Assembly (NCBI GenBank): GCA_013239625.1
Contig: MU053810.1
Location: 2,677,518-2,741,517 of the forward strand
Length of the DNA: 64,000 nucleotides
Reading direction: 5' to 3'
Source of the DNA: Lama guanicoe
Lineage: Eukaryota
The first letter of the stretch is position 1, and the number at the start of each line of letters is the position of its first letter. Both the position numbers and the translations under genes were made by a program. Below the pieces are notes generated by a model, which saw only the letters and a list, made by a program, of their open reading frames with translations, was not told the origin of the DNA and made no database searches. This document shows positions 35,716 to 49,300 of this stretch, in pieces.

Positions 35716-38360
35716 TTTTTTCTTTTTTCTTTTTTATTCACTGCACATACATTTTTAAATTTACATGTATGTACTGTTCATTGTTTCTAAGAACGTTTAG
35801 AGCTTTAGCTTTTTAAACTTACATAGTTATCAAAGGAATAAAGCCAACCACAAAATAAGAATTAATTCAAAAAGATACATACACCCTTCTTATTAACAGC
35901 AACATTACTTATAATTGCCAAGATATGGAAGCATCCTAAGTGCCCTTCAATAGTTGAATAGATAATGAAGGTGCAGCATATACATATGTAATGGAATACA
36001 ACTTACCATAAGAAAGAAGGGTATTTTGCCATTTGTGGCCCTTCATTCACCTTTTTTTTCCACTTAAAAAACCAGAATTTTATAACTGGCAGAGACATTT
36101 CCATTACATCAAAAAACCCCAAAATACCTAGAAATAAACTTAACCAAAGAGATTACCTATACTCCGAAAACTGAAATGACACAAAGAAATGGAAAGCTTT
36201 CTTGTGCTCTTGGACTGGAAGAATCAGCACTATCAAAACGGCCACACCGCCCAAAGCGATCCGCCGATCCAGTGCAGCCCCCGCCAAAATACTCAAGGTA
36301 CTCCTCAGAACTAGAACAGACAATTCCAGAATTTATAAGGAACCACAAACGACCCCAAACAGCCAAAGCAATCTTTTGTAGGTCTTTTTTTCCTCCTTTT
36401 TGTTTTCTTTTTCTTACGGTTTGATGACTAGAGAAAGTCGTCTAACATTTGTTGTAAAGTTGGTTTGGTGGTGCTGAAATCTGTTAGTTTTTGTTTATCT
36501 GTGAAGCTTTTGATTTCTCCATCAAGTCTGAACGAGAGCCTTGCTGATAAGAGTATTCTTGGTTGTAAGTTTTCCTCTTTCATCACTTTCAGTATATTAT
36601 GCCACTGCCTTCTGACTTGTAGAGTTTTGCTGAAAAATCAGCTAATAATCTTATGAGAGTTCCCTTCTGTGTTATTTGTTGTTTTTCTCTTGCTAATTTT
36701 AATATTTTCTCCTTATCCTTAATTTTTGTCAATTTGATGACTATTTGCCTTGGTGTGTACCTCTTTGGATTAATCCTGTGTGGTACTCTGTGCTTCCTGG
36801 ACTTGGGTGACTGTTTCCTTTCCCAAGTTGGGAAAGTTTTCAGTGATTATCACTCTAAAAATCTTCTCAGGTCCTTTCTCCCTCTCTTCTCTTTCTGGGA
36901 CCCCTATGATGTGAGTATTAGTATGCTTCATGGTGTCCCAGAGTTCTCTTACACTGTCCTCATTTCTTTATTATTGTATTATTTAATTATTTTATTTTGG
37001 CAGGGGGTGGAGGAGGTAATTAGGTTTATTTATTTTTGGAGGAAGTACTGGGGATTGAACCCAGAACCTCATGCATGCTAAGCATACACTCTACCACTGG
37101 AGCTATACCTTTCCCCCATCCTCATTTCTTTTCATTCTTTTTTTTTTTTTTCTGTTCTGTAGTGGTGATTTCCAGTGATCTGTCTTCTAGCTCACTGATC
37201 TGTTCTTCTGCCTCATTTAGTCTATTCTTGGTTCCTTCTAGTGTGTTACTCATTTCAGTGATTTTATTCTTCAACTCTGGGTATTATTTGTATTTTCCAG
37301 CTCTTTGCTAAAAACTTCACTCTGTGCATCTGTATGCCTCTTGAGTTCTCTGAACATCTTCACCATCATTACTTTAAACTCTTTCTCAGATAAATTGCCT
37401 ATCTCTTCATCACTTATTTCTTTTTCTGGGATTTTATCTTATGCCTTGGCCTGGGTAGTATTCCTTTGCCACTTCATATTGTCTATCTTTCTATGTGTTT
37501 GTGGATTCCTTCCATAGACTTTGAAATTGTTGTTTTCTTATTTCTGGTATCTGCCCCTGGTGGATGAGGCTGGACTAGAGGCTTATGCAGGTTTCCTGGC
37601 AGGTGGAGCTAATTCCTGCCCACTGCTGGGTGAAGCTTGGTTCTGGACCTCTGGTTGGTAGGACTGTGTCTAGAGGTCTTTGTGGCTTAGGAAGTCTGTG
37701 TTCCCACCCTTTATGTTTTTTGGCCTGAGGCTTCTCTACAGGCTGTTGGATGGGGCTAGGTCTTCATGCTAATGATCCAATAAAGGTGGCAGCCTCCAGG
37801 AAAGCTCATGTAGAGAATATTCCTAGAATATCCACCGCCAGCTTTTATGTCCTCTGGGTGAGCCGCAGCCGTTCCCCATGTCCCCAGGAGACCCTCCAAA
37901 TCCAGCAGGCAGGTCTGGTCCAGGTTTCTATGAAATCACTGCCTCTGCCCTTTGACCTGGCACACATGAGTTTCCATGTACAATTCCCAAGCAAATGGAG
38001 TCTCCGTTTACCCCAGTCCTGTGGGGCTCCCAGATCCAAGCCCTGCTGGCCTTCAGAACCAGATGTCCTGGGGCCTCGTTCTCTTCCTTAGGGCTCTCAC
38101 TCCTGTGGGAGGGCCTCTGGGACTTCACTCTTCTTCAGCGTGTGGGTCGCCCTCCCAGGGGTCTGGGGCTGAATTATATCGCGAGTATGCCCCTTCTACT
38201 GTTCTGCTGTGGTTCCCTCTTTATGTTCCCAGTTGCAGAAGGTCTTTTTTGCTAGGTTCCAGTCTTTCGATGGTTGTGTAGCATTCAGTTGTGGTTTTGT
38301 TGTAGTGGCGAGGAGAGGTGAGCTCATCGTCCTGCCAGTCTGCCATCTTGACTGGAAATC
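35716..38360 (-). mobile_element. Half-L1-like chimeric retroelement: L1 5'UTR + ORF1 (minus strand), inverted ORF2 fragments, non-L1 3' tail and poly(A)
   Basis: The minus strand gives ...NLQPRILLSARLSFRLDGEIKSFTDKQKLTDFSTTKPTLQQMLDDFL* (stop at 36428-36430); plus-strand ORF2 pieces at ~35870-36040 and ~36095-36376 (ELEQTIPEFIRNHKRPQTAKAI); T-rich tail at ~35713-35738. Confidence 0.75.
36970..37118 (-). mobile_element. Vic-1-like SINE nested in L1 ORF1
   Basis: TSD TCCTCATTTCTTT at 36957-36969 and 37119-37131. Confidence 0.88.
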
Positions 38361-39123
38361 CCAAGACTCATTTTCCATAGTGCAATGCAAAGAGGGCCAG
38401 ATGACGTTTGCTCATGCAGTCTGTTGCGTTGCAGTGGAGGGACCCTGAGTTTGGGGCACCTGAATTAGTAAGCAGGGCCACCTTTTGCTCCTAAAGTAGA
38501 CATTCTATCTTCTAAGTCTGATCTTTGTGCAAACAACCTTGAAAAGATAGTTTAGAACAATGGGCAAGTCATTGCCTCACTCACAAGACCCACAGAAATA
38601 GTACAGATACACGTAGAATTGTCTGTGACAATCCTCAAATTATGAGGATTAATACAGTGTTTATTTTTCATTCACAGCTAAGTCCAAAACAGATGTTCTT
38701 GATTGGCAGACAGCTTTCTTATAAGCCATCAGCCTTCTTTTCATTGCTGCTTCTGTGGCTCCCGTGTTCACTTGCATTATTCTCTGGAAGCGGAAGGAGC
38801 ATGGATGCTAAATACTTGGGGTTAAGGACCAGGACAAGAGGTGACACACATCATTTTTCATTCAGATTGCATATGACTTGAACCCAGTTAAATGCCACAT
38901 CTGACTGCAAAGGAAACTGGCAAATGGCTAGTTTTTGTTTTGTTTTGTTTTGTTTTTTGTTTGTTTTTTGAGTAAGAAAAAGAAATCGGTTTGGTGAATA
39001 GCTAGCTGACCATCTCTACCTCATTTTAGCCCATTGTTTTGGTTAAGCCATGTATCATTATAAAAAATTCAGAAGCAGCAGAGCATTTTAAAAAATTCAA
39101 GTTAGTTTTAAAATACCCACTCC

Positions 39124-39248
39124 GAGGGGGAGAGTATAGCTCAGTGGTAGAGTGCATACTTAGTATGCATGAGGTCCTGGATTCAATCCCCAGTACCTCC
39201 ATTAAATAAATAGACATAAATAAATAAATCTAATTACCGCCCCCGCTC
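39124..39248 (+). mobile_element. tRNA-derived camelid SINE (Vic-1-like)
   Basis: tatagctcagtggtagagtgcatacttagtatgcatgaggtcctggattcaatcccc. Confidence 0.88.
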
Positions 39249-40544
39249 AATACTCACTGCAGAATCCACCATCCAGAAATAGTCATCGTTACTACTAAGT
39301 ACACGTTTCCAGATTTAAAATATATGTGGAGAGAGACAAAAGGATGGTTAGATCAATAAAAATACTAAAATGATATAATACTGTTACTTTTTAAAAATAT
39401 TTAAGTTGGATTTACTTGGCTACATAGATGAAAAAGAAAGTGAAGTAAAATAGATGACATTGAACTTCAAATAAAATTTCCTTCTCACAAGAGATATTAT
39501 TTCCTTAAATTTATACCTTTAAGTTAATAATAGAGATTATAAAATTAAACAGGAAGCATTGACAGGTAAGATTGTCTTTTCAGTTCAAATTCTTTCAGCT
39601 AAAACAGAATACTGCTAAAGCATTAGGAAATTTATTGTTTTGCATAAGACTTTCAGAGACTTTTCTAAGATTGGTCAATTTAACAATAACCAGTTCAGTG
39701 GTGACAGGATATTTTGTGTGTGTGTGTGTGTGTCTCTTGGCTTTTCTAGTCATGGTTGCCAGGTCACTCCAGTTGTTCCAAGGGTCTTGGTCTAACACAT
39801 GAGTGTCTAAAGGCAGGAAGGGAGAATTTTTTAAGAGAGAACATTCCCAGCCATCTCATAGAAAATTTTCCCTTCTGTTTTATCCTGACCTAAATCTATC
39901 CCAGACCTAAAACAGTCAGTGGCTAGTGGAGGGTAGACTTACCTAAATTGACTTAGGTACACCATGTTCACCTCTGGGCTGGAGTATGAGGATGTGAGAG
40001 GGTGATTGGCCAACGGAAAAAAAAAAAAGTGTGAGCCAGTGATATTATATACAGCCAAGATACCATTCAAAAATTAGAACAAGACTTTCCATTATGAACA
40101 AACTCAGAGAATACAGGTCCTAAGAACTTACTCTTAAAAAAAGTCACTAGACAGTAAAGTTCTGCCAATTTAATGATATAAAGAACTCACTGGAGACGCT
40201 GTGGTGAAAGAACTGGTAGTGACCATCTAACAAATTTAAATTAAATACAGAACAAATACCTAAACAACTCTGAGAGCTGTGTTTACAGAAGAGAATGTCT
40301 TAGACCTGAAAAATAACGTAAAGGTCTTTAAAAAACAAACAAAGCAAATGGCAGGAAAGGAGAGGAGCATGGGGATACAATTGGCCTTCCCCAGCAAGGG
40401 ATCAGTACAGATTCTTCAGAACACGAAACAAAACATAACGGTTTCTACCAAACTGTAATCATGCATAAATCCCTTCCTTGTAGACAAAGTCTCTGGTTTT
40501 CTTTGGCCAGTCACCCTCCTTGTGTAGTTTTATTCATTTATTTA

Positions 40545-42060
40545 TTAAATTTATTTTTTATGGAAATAATATAGTTGACATACAATACTATATTAGTTTT
40601 AAATGTACTACATAGTGATTTGACAGTTACATACATTATGCAATGATCACCGTAAGTTTAGTAACCATCTGTCCCCATACAAAATTCTTAAGCATATTAT
40701 TAACCATATTCCTTATGTTGTATGTAACATCTCCCTTGCTTATTTATTTTATAACTGGAAGTCCTGTCCTCCCTGATCAGGCTCAGTTTGTTCTCTGCAT
40801 CTGAGTGTTTTCGTGTTGGTTTGTTTGTTTGGTTTTTAAAGTCCACATGTAAGTGAAGTCACACAGTAATTATCTATCTCTGTCTGACTATTTAACTTAG
40901 CATGATACCCTCTAGATCCATTCATGTCGTAAAATGGCAAGATTTCACCTTTTTTTAATGGCTGAGTAATATTTCAGTTTAATGCATGTAGCACATCTTT
41001 TTTATCCTTTCGTCTGTTGATGGCCACTTAGGTTGCTTCCGTATCTTGGCTACTGCAAATAATACTGCAGTGAACATTGTGCATTTATCTTTTCAAATTA
41101 GTGTTTCTGTTTTCTTTGGATAAATACTCAGAAGTGAAATTGCTGGATCATGTGGCAATTCTATTTTTAAGTTTTTGAGGATCCTCCATATTGTTTTCCA
41201 CTGTGGCTGCACCAGTTTGCAATCCCACTGATACAGGGGCTCTCTTTTCTTTGCATTCTCACCAACACTTGTTATTTGTTGTCTTTCTATGGCTATTTTA
41301 ACAGGTATGAGGTGGTATCTCATTGTGGTTTTGATATGCATTTCCCTGATTGTTAGCGATGTTGAGGATCTTTTCATGTGTCTTCTGGCTATTTGTATGT
41401 CTTCTTTGGAAAAATGTCTGTTCAAATCCTCTGCTCACTTTTTAGTTGGCTTGTTTGTTTCTTGGATATTGAATTGTATGATTTCTTTGTATATTTTGGA
41501 TATTAACCCTTTATCAGATACATTGTTTCCAAGTATCTTCTTCCATTCAGTAGGTGACCCTTTTCATTTCACTGATGATGTCCTTCACTATGCAAAAGCT
41601 TTGATGTAGTCCCATTTGTTTATTTTTGCTATTGCTTCTCTTGCCTGAGGAGACATCTGGAAAGATACTGCTAAAGTCAGTTTTCATGTTTTCTTGTAGT
41701 TTTATATTTTCAGGTCTTCTGTTTAAATCTTTAATCCATTTTGAGTTTGTTTTTGTTTTTAGTGTAAGAAAGTCCAGTTTGATTCTTTTGCATGTAGCTG
41801 TCAAGTTTTTATAACATCATTTATTGAAGAGGCTGTCTTCCCCATTGTGTATTCTTGCTGCCTTTGTTTCAGATTAATTAACCGTATAAGCATGGGTTTA
41901 TTTCTGGGCTCTCTACTTTGTTCCATTGATCTATGTTTCTTTCTGTTTTTGTCCTGGCACCACAGTTTTGATTACTATAGCTTTGTAGTATACGTTGAAA
42001 TCAGGTCCTATGACACCTCCAGGTTTGTTCTTCTTTCTCAGATTTCTTTGGTTCCTTGCA
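40545..42060 (-). mobile_element. L1 3'UTR plus ORF2 C-terminal fragment
   Basis: ORF 41093..41425 ([39 protein letters not shown]) is the L1 ORF2 C-terminus. Confidence 0.9.
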
Positions 42061-43567
42061 TAAATTTCAAAATTTATATCATGTTAACCATTTTTCTAAA
42101 TCTCTGAATGTTCTTTTAGAACATGCTTTTTTAGTGGCCATTCTGTATGGTTGGATAATAATTTTTTCAACCACGCCTGTGTTGTTTGATATTCAGATTG
42201 TTTTCAAGTTTTTTGTCATTGCAAATAGTAATATAATAAACTGTATTTAACCTCTGTTCACATCCTAGAGGTGAAATTACTAGGACAGGGAACTTTTTTT
42301 TATTGTTTCCGACTCTTTTAAAATGGTCCTTTGAATATTTACATTCTCTCTAGTAATGTATGCAATTGCTCATTTCACTGTAACTTGGACAACATTGGGT
42401 CTTATTATTAAAAAATACAACAATTTTGATCACTAGGTAAGTGAGGAATATTACCTTCAGTTCTTTAGTGGTTGAGTTGCACATTTTTTTGTTACTGTTT
42501 AGTTAGTGACTTGTTTCTTTTGTGAATTGCCCTTTACACATTGTTTTATGGCATATATATTTTTCTTATTGATTTACTAAACATTTTAAACCACTAAAAT
42601 ACAAAACATAATAACTTTCACTCATTTCTGTTTGTTTTTCACTTTTTAATGGTATTTAAATTGGTAAGTTTTGAATTTGAATAGCAAAAACTGCCTTTTC
42701 CCTTTCTGATTTTTTACTTTGTTTCTATTGCTTAGAAAAGTCTTTCCTTCCAGTTTTAAAAAATAGTTTCTACCAGCCTCTTAGATTATCTTAATCTTTT
42801 TTTTTTTAGCACTTTAAAATAATCCATCTGGATTTTGTTTTATTCTGCATGAGATACTTTCCCCTAAATTATTAACCAGTTTTTCTAGTACCATTATTAA
42901 GTAATTTCAGTCTTACCTTGCTGATTTTGGAATCCTGTCTGTCATATGCTAAATATTTATATGTAATTGAATCTTTTCCTAGAATTTCCTTTTGTTCCAT
43001 TGATCTATTAAAGTCAGCCTTTCTCTTTAGTGTGAAAGTCATTAAACTGCTTTGATTTGTATTTTACAGCCCATTAAATAGAAAATAATCTATTCACAGT
43101 CTCTGTCACTGAGCATTTGCTATCCTCATCTCAGGATACATTTCTTGATGCATCACATAGGACCAGAGCTCTGTATTATTCCATGATGACTTACATATAC
43201 TCAGTTTTCACACTTGTACACATGCGTACTTTACTTTTTACTCTCATGTGCTTTCCAAGTTTGTAGACTTTGTCTAGTGTCATTCAGGGTCATTCTCTAT
43301 GAAATTATCCCAGTTCTTGTACTCTTTGAAGAGTAAAGCCTAGTATGGGAAGCAGAACATGAAAGAGGAGAGAAAAGTTCCTTTACTTTTATGGGAGAAA
43401 ATTACTGATGGAGAGCTTACGGACAAGGATCATTTGAATTCAATATTTTATAAACTAGATTGTGTAACTATATTTGTTATTTGGGTGAATAAAAAAAGCT
43501 AATGTGTGCTACTTTTAATTTGTACTTTCTTAAATTCCCATGACCCAGTTGTGAATCCTAGTCTTGT

Positions 43568-44010
43568 TTTAGTTATCTACTGTTGCTTGATAAACCACCC
43601 CACAACTTTAACGGCTTATAGTAGGCATGGCTCAACACAAACAGTTCATCTTTCCTCCAAATGATATAACCTGAGGTCGCTAATGAGGCTAACCCTCAGC
43701 TGGTGGCTGGCTGGGTGATCGAGGACAGTCTTATTTACGTGTCCAGAGTGAGCTGGCTGTACGATGGGGTACCTAAGCCCTTCTGCGTTTAGCCTCTCAG
43801 GAGAGTGTGAACTGACTGTTTACATGACTGGGATCTAAGGGGACAAAAGTGAAAGCTACACAAGACTTCATAAAGCTCTAGGCTTCTGAAATTGTACATC
43901 ACTTCTGTCACATCTTCTTGGCCAAAGCACAAGGCTAACCCAGGCTTGTGGGGGTGGGGAAGTAGACATCTTAAAATGGGAGGGGCAGTAACATCCTGTT
44001 ACAAAGAATT
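43568..44010. mobile_element. MaLR (MLT1) LTR
   Basis: ttagttatctactgttgc...aaaccaccccacaac; catcacttctgtcacatcttcttggccaaagca. Confidence 0.6.
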
Positions 44011-45112
44011 GGAGGCTTGATTCTTTGGTGGTTTTTATTATGATATGTCACAGTTAAGATAAATTTATAGTGAAAAAGGTTTTTTTTAAGTCTGAACAAA
44101 AACTATTATTGTGTTATTTTACATTTTCCTTTGCTAAAGTATTAAGATTGCATTCAAGAAATGTCTGAAATACCTTATGTACTTAAATCAGGGATTAAAA
44201 ACAGAAAGTGGCAGTACTTGGGAAGTATAGTAAAACAGCTATCCTTAATATTTATGTTTTTTGTTTTGCTGGTGTGTAATCTCTTTTGGGGCAAGGCCAA
44301 TGATATTTTTTCATGCCTTGACTGGTGCTGTGAATGGTTACATTTAAGTACTGTGAGAAATAAGTTGAATTAACTCTTTAAATCCTAGTGAATTTCATAT
44401 CCAGTACTGACTAAAACAATTGAGAACAATTTGGTTAAAATTTTTTGACATTAAATAAAGTTGGGCTCCTAATATTTAATTAATTTCTTATTAACTGAAT
44501 TCCTTTTTATATTCAGTTCATCAGTTTTAGCAGAGATAACAATTCATCTGTTTTCTGGGTAAACCTAGGAAAAAATATCTTTCCTGAGTTTCTGTGCCCT
44601 GATTTGTAGTCTCTGGGCCACAGGCTTTCATGCATGTTGATGGAGAATCTGACACTATTCTGATGTGACAGTGCATGTCATAGTGCTGTATAAATTTTAA
44701 AGTACTGTTTATAAAATGTGCACAAAAGCATTTGGTGTTTTTAACAGAACAAAAATAAAGTTTGCTGGATATAAATGTAGCAAATAATTGTAGACTTCAG
44801 TTGTTTGTGTATTATTTTAGGTTGGTCAAGGATAAGGGAGCTGAAGTCACCTTAAAATAATTTATACTAACATTACTGTATTTTATCTGTTTATATATAT
44901 TTTTAATATATAGTAATACCATAAGTATATTGCTAGTATTGTCTATATATAAAATAACATGATTGTGATTTAGAAGTGGTTTAGTTATTTTTTGACAAGT
45001 ATTCATTAGCGTTTTAAATTACTTAAACACAATTACAGAGGAATCTCATCTTTATTATATACATGGGTTATGATTTAAATTTAAATTGGATTTTACTTCT
45101 CTTCATTTTTAG

Positions 45113-45208
45113 AAATATAAAGAAAAGGATAAACACAAACAAAAACACAAGAAGCAACCAGAACCATCACCTGCACTGGTTCCTTCCTTGACTGTTACTA
45201 CAGAAAAA
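45113..45208 (+). CDS. MLLT10: MLLT10 coding exon (96 nt): KYKEKDKHKQKHKKQPEPSPALVPSLTVTTEK
   Basis: catttttag acceptor and AAA|gtaagt donor; phase 0-0; lysine-rich segment. Confidence 0.96.
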
Positions 45209-45449
45209 GTAAGTTTTAAGTGCTGTATTTTGTTTTATATAATAACTAGTTATATACTGACTTTCTACCTTTAATCTGGTTATGTGCTGAATTTTGAAAA
45301 TACTTGAGGAAGTGTCCTGGTTCCTTCTAACCATTTCTACCTCTCTAAGCCTAGTCAGGCACTTAGGTTTCCCATTTTAGTCCTTTATTCTGCTGTTTAC
45401 TCTGTGCTCATTTCTGAAGAATGTTAAATGAGGATAACAAATGGGAGGC

Positions 45450-46150
45450 ATCACTTAGATTCTGGCTTCACCATTTACTGACTGATCTTTTAGGTTAATT
45501 TAACTTCTTTGTACCTCAATTTCATCATATATAAAATGGAGGAAATAATTGTTGGAACTGAATGAGATAATCCATATAAGGCAGAACAGTGTCTGATTCG
45601 TAGTAAATATTAATTGGTAAATGTTAAATATTATTAAGATTATTATCATGTGGTTAACATGAAAGCAAATGAGACAGAGGGAGGTGCAGGGCCATGCAGT
45701 AGGAGATGAGGCCAGGGCGAGAGGCCAGTCATGCAGGGCTGTGTAAGCTAGTGGAAGGACTTAGTTTTTAGTCTGAGTGAAAAGTGAGCCATTGGAGAGT
45801 TCTGAACTTAATATAACATGGTCTGACTTAGGTTTTGTAAAGACTTGTGGCTGCTTCATTGTAGATGGACTATAGAGTCAAGAATGAAAGAAGAGAGGCC
45901 ATGAGGTTATTGAAATAATCCAGAAAGAAATGGTGCTGATGCCGGAGGGTGGTGAGAGGTGATCAGATGCTGAATACATTTAAAAGAGGAACCCACAAAA
46001 CTTTCTTATAAGTAAGATGAGAGGTGTAAGAGAGGATTCTAAGATGATTGCAACAGTGTTAGCCTAGATCACTAGAAGGAATGGAACTGATATTAACAAA
46101 GATGTGAAAGCCTGTGGGTGTGGTAGGTTGAGGGTAAGATGAGTTTCGGG
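45450..46150. mobile_element. MIR followed by an L2 fragment
   Basis: tttaacttctttgtacctcaatttcatcatatataaaatgg (MIR core); ccattggagagttctgaac...acatggtctgactt (L2). Confidence 0.6.
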
Positions 46151-46165
46151 TATGGTATTTATGTT

Positions 46166-46324
46166 CTTTTTTTTTTATTTAATTAAAAATTTTTAATACT
46201 TATTTTTATTTATTTGTTTGGTGGGGGAGGTAATTAGGTTTATGTATTTATTTATTTTAATGGAGGTACTGGGGATTGAACCTAGGACCTCATGCATGCT
46301 AAGCTACTGAGCTACACCCTCCCC
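46166..46324 (-). mobile_element. tRNA-derived camelid SINE (Vic-1-like, internal deletion)
   Basis: ggggattgaacctaggacctcatgcatgctaagc...gagctacaccctcccc. Confidence 0.85.
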
Positions 46325-46329
46325 ACCTT

Positions 46330-49300
46330 GATTGTTTTTTTTATTACTGAGTTTTGTGAGACATTATACATTCTGGATACAAGTCCTGCATCATACACAT
46401 TATTTGCAGATATTTCTCGCACTCAGTGGCTTAAGCAGACATTCTTAATTATGTTCATTATATACATTTTTTATATGTTTTCTTTTTATAATTTTTGTAT
46501 TTTTATGTTTCTCATTTAGGTCTTTGGTCCATTTTAAGTTTTTTTTTGCGAAGATGTGAGTTATACATCATAGTTTACTATATATAGATACCCAGGTTGT
46601 CTAGAACCACTTTTGAACAGACTGCTTTGAATATAGATACCCAGGTTGAATATAGATACCCAGGTTGTCTAGAACCACTTGTTGAACAGACTGCTTTGTC
46701 CACTGAATTGCCTTTACCCCTGTTTGTTGACCATGTATGTATGGGTCTATTTCTGGACTCTGTTCATACCATAATATCTTGATTACTGTAGCTTGAAGTC
46801 AGGTAAGGCACACCTTCCAACTTTGTTCTTCTCCCTTAGAGTCGTTTGGGCTATTCTGCATCCTTTGCATTTTTATATGAATTTTAGAATCAGATTGTCA
46901 AGTTGTAGAAGTAAATCTGCTGGTACTTTGACTCAGACTGCATTGAATTCTACAGATCATTTTGGGGGAGAATTATATCTTAACAATATTGAGTCTTCTG
47001 ATCCATGAACACAGTATATCACCTCATTTACGTACGTTTTTAATTTATCTCAGCAGTGAGTGTTAAAGGTTTTGTACATCTTTTTCCAGCTCCATCTCTG
47101 AATATTTTTGTATTTTTTTATTCTGTTTTAGTCTTTTAAAATTTCAGTTTCTGATTATTCCTTGCTAGTGTATAGAAATAACATTTTTGTGTTTTTGTAT
47201 GTTGCTCAAGTATCCTGCAGTCTTGATGAAAATTTCTTATTATTTCTAGTAGCTTATTGATTCCATTGGATTTTCTTCTAGATGATCATGCCAACTATGA
47301 ATGAGACAGTTTTACTTCATCCTTTCTAATCTAGATGCCTTTTATTTCTTGTTATTCCTGTTAGAATCCCCAGTGCAATGTTGAATAGAAGTGGTGAGAG
47401 TGAGTATCTTTGCTTTTCTTGATCTTTAAAAGAAGCATTTAATCTTTTAACATTACATATGATGTTGAGGGAATTTCCTTCTGTTCCTGTTATGCTGAGT
47501 TTTTTTAATCAGCCGTGAATATTAGATTTTGTCAGTACCTTTTCCATATATTTTTAGTTTTTATTTTTTGATTGAAGCATAGTTGATTTACAATACTATG
47601 TTTCAGGTATACAGCAAAGTGATTCAGTTATTGTGCATACATTATTTTTTCAGATTATTTTCCATTATAGGTTATTACAAGATATTGAATATTGTTCCCT
47701 ATGTTATACAGTAAGTCTTCATTTCTTTTCGTTTTTTTCCCTAACATTTTATTTATTTTTTTGTGGGAGAGATAATTAGGTCTATTTACTTATTTTTAGA
47801 GAGGGTACTGGGGATGAACCCAGGACCTTGTGCATGCTAAGCAGGCGCTCTACCTCTTGACTATGCATACCCTCCCCCCAGATCCTCGTTTCTTATCAAT
47901 TTCATATATAATAGTGTGTATCTGTTAATCCTATATTCCTGATTTATCCCTCCCCTCTTTCCACTTTGGTAATCATAAGTTTATTTTCTATGTCTGTGAC
48001 TCTGGTTCTGTTTTGTAAGTAGATTCATTTGTATTATTTTTTAGATTTCACATATAAGTGATATCATTTATTTGTCTTTCTCCTTCTTCACTTCACTTAA
48101 TATATTCTCTAGGTCTATCCATGTTGCTGCAAATGGCAATATTTCATTCTTTTTTTCCATAACTGAGTGGTATTCAATTTTTATATACACACACACAACC
48201 ACCCCACATTGTCTTTATCCATTCATCTGCTAATGAATACTTTGGTGGCTTCCATGTCTTGGCTATTGTAAACAGTGCTGCTGTAAACATTGGGGTGCGT
48301 GTATCTTTTAAAATTAGAGTTTTCATCTTTTCTAGATATAAACTCAGGAGTGGGATTGCTGGATCATATGCTAGCTCTATTTTTAGTTTTTAAAGAAGTC
48401 TCCATACTATTTTCCATAGTGGTTGCACCAGTTTACATTCCCACCACCAGTGTTAAGAGGGTTTCCTATTCTCCATACTCTCTAGCGTTTATTATTTGTA
48501 GACTTTTTGATGATAGGTATTCTCACCAGTGTGCGGTTATACCTTGGGTGGTTTTGGTTTGCACTTCTCTAATAATTAGTGATGTTGAGCACCTTTTCGT
48601 GTGCCTGTTGGCCATCTGTATGTCTTCTTTGGAGAAATGTCTGTTTAGGTCTTCTACCCATTTTTTGATTGGGTTGTTTTTTTTTTTGATGTTGAGTTGT
48701 ATGAATTGTTTGTGTATTTTGAAAATTAACCCCTTGTCTGTTGCATCATTTGTAAATACTTTCTCCCGTTCTGTAGACTGTCTTTTTGTTTTATTGATGG
48801 TTTCCTTTGCTGTGCGAAAGCTTTTAAGTTTGATTGGTTCTCATATGTTTATTTTTGCTTTTATTTCTTTTGCTTTGGGAGACTGATCTAAGAAAATACT
48901 GCTATGATGTATGTCAGAGAATGTTTTGCCTATGTTCTCTTCTAGGAGTTTAATGGTGTCATGTCTTATTTTTATGTCTTTAAGCCATTTTGAGTTTATT
49001 TTTGTGTATGATGTGAGGGATTGTTCTAATTTCATCGATTTACATGAGTTATGGTTCAGCTTTCCCAACACCACTTGCTGAAGAGATTGTCTACGTATTT
49101 TTAATAGATATATTGATAGGATTTTCTTCTCTTCTGAATCTGTTAATATGATGAAGTACATTGCTTAATTTTCCAGTGTTAAGCCAAACTTGCATTCCTG
49201 GGATAAATCCCACTTGGTCTTGATGTATTACCATCTTTATTTACTGTTTAATTCAACTTTTAGAAATTGTAAAGGAATTTTTGTATATGTATTCATTAGG

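Noticed and set aside
48290..48886. Longest ORF (198 aa, + strand)
   Set aside because: Antisense reading of an L1 ORF2 C-terminal region
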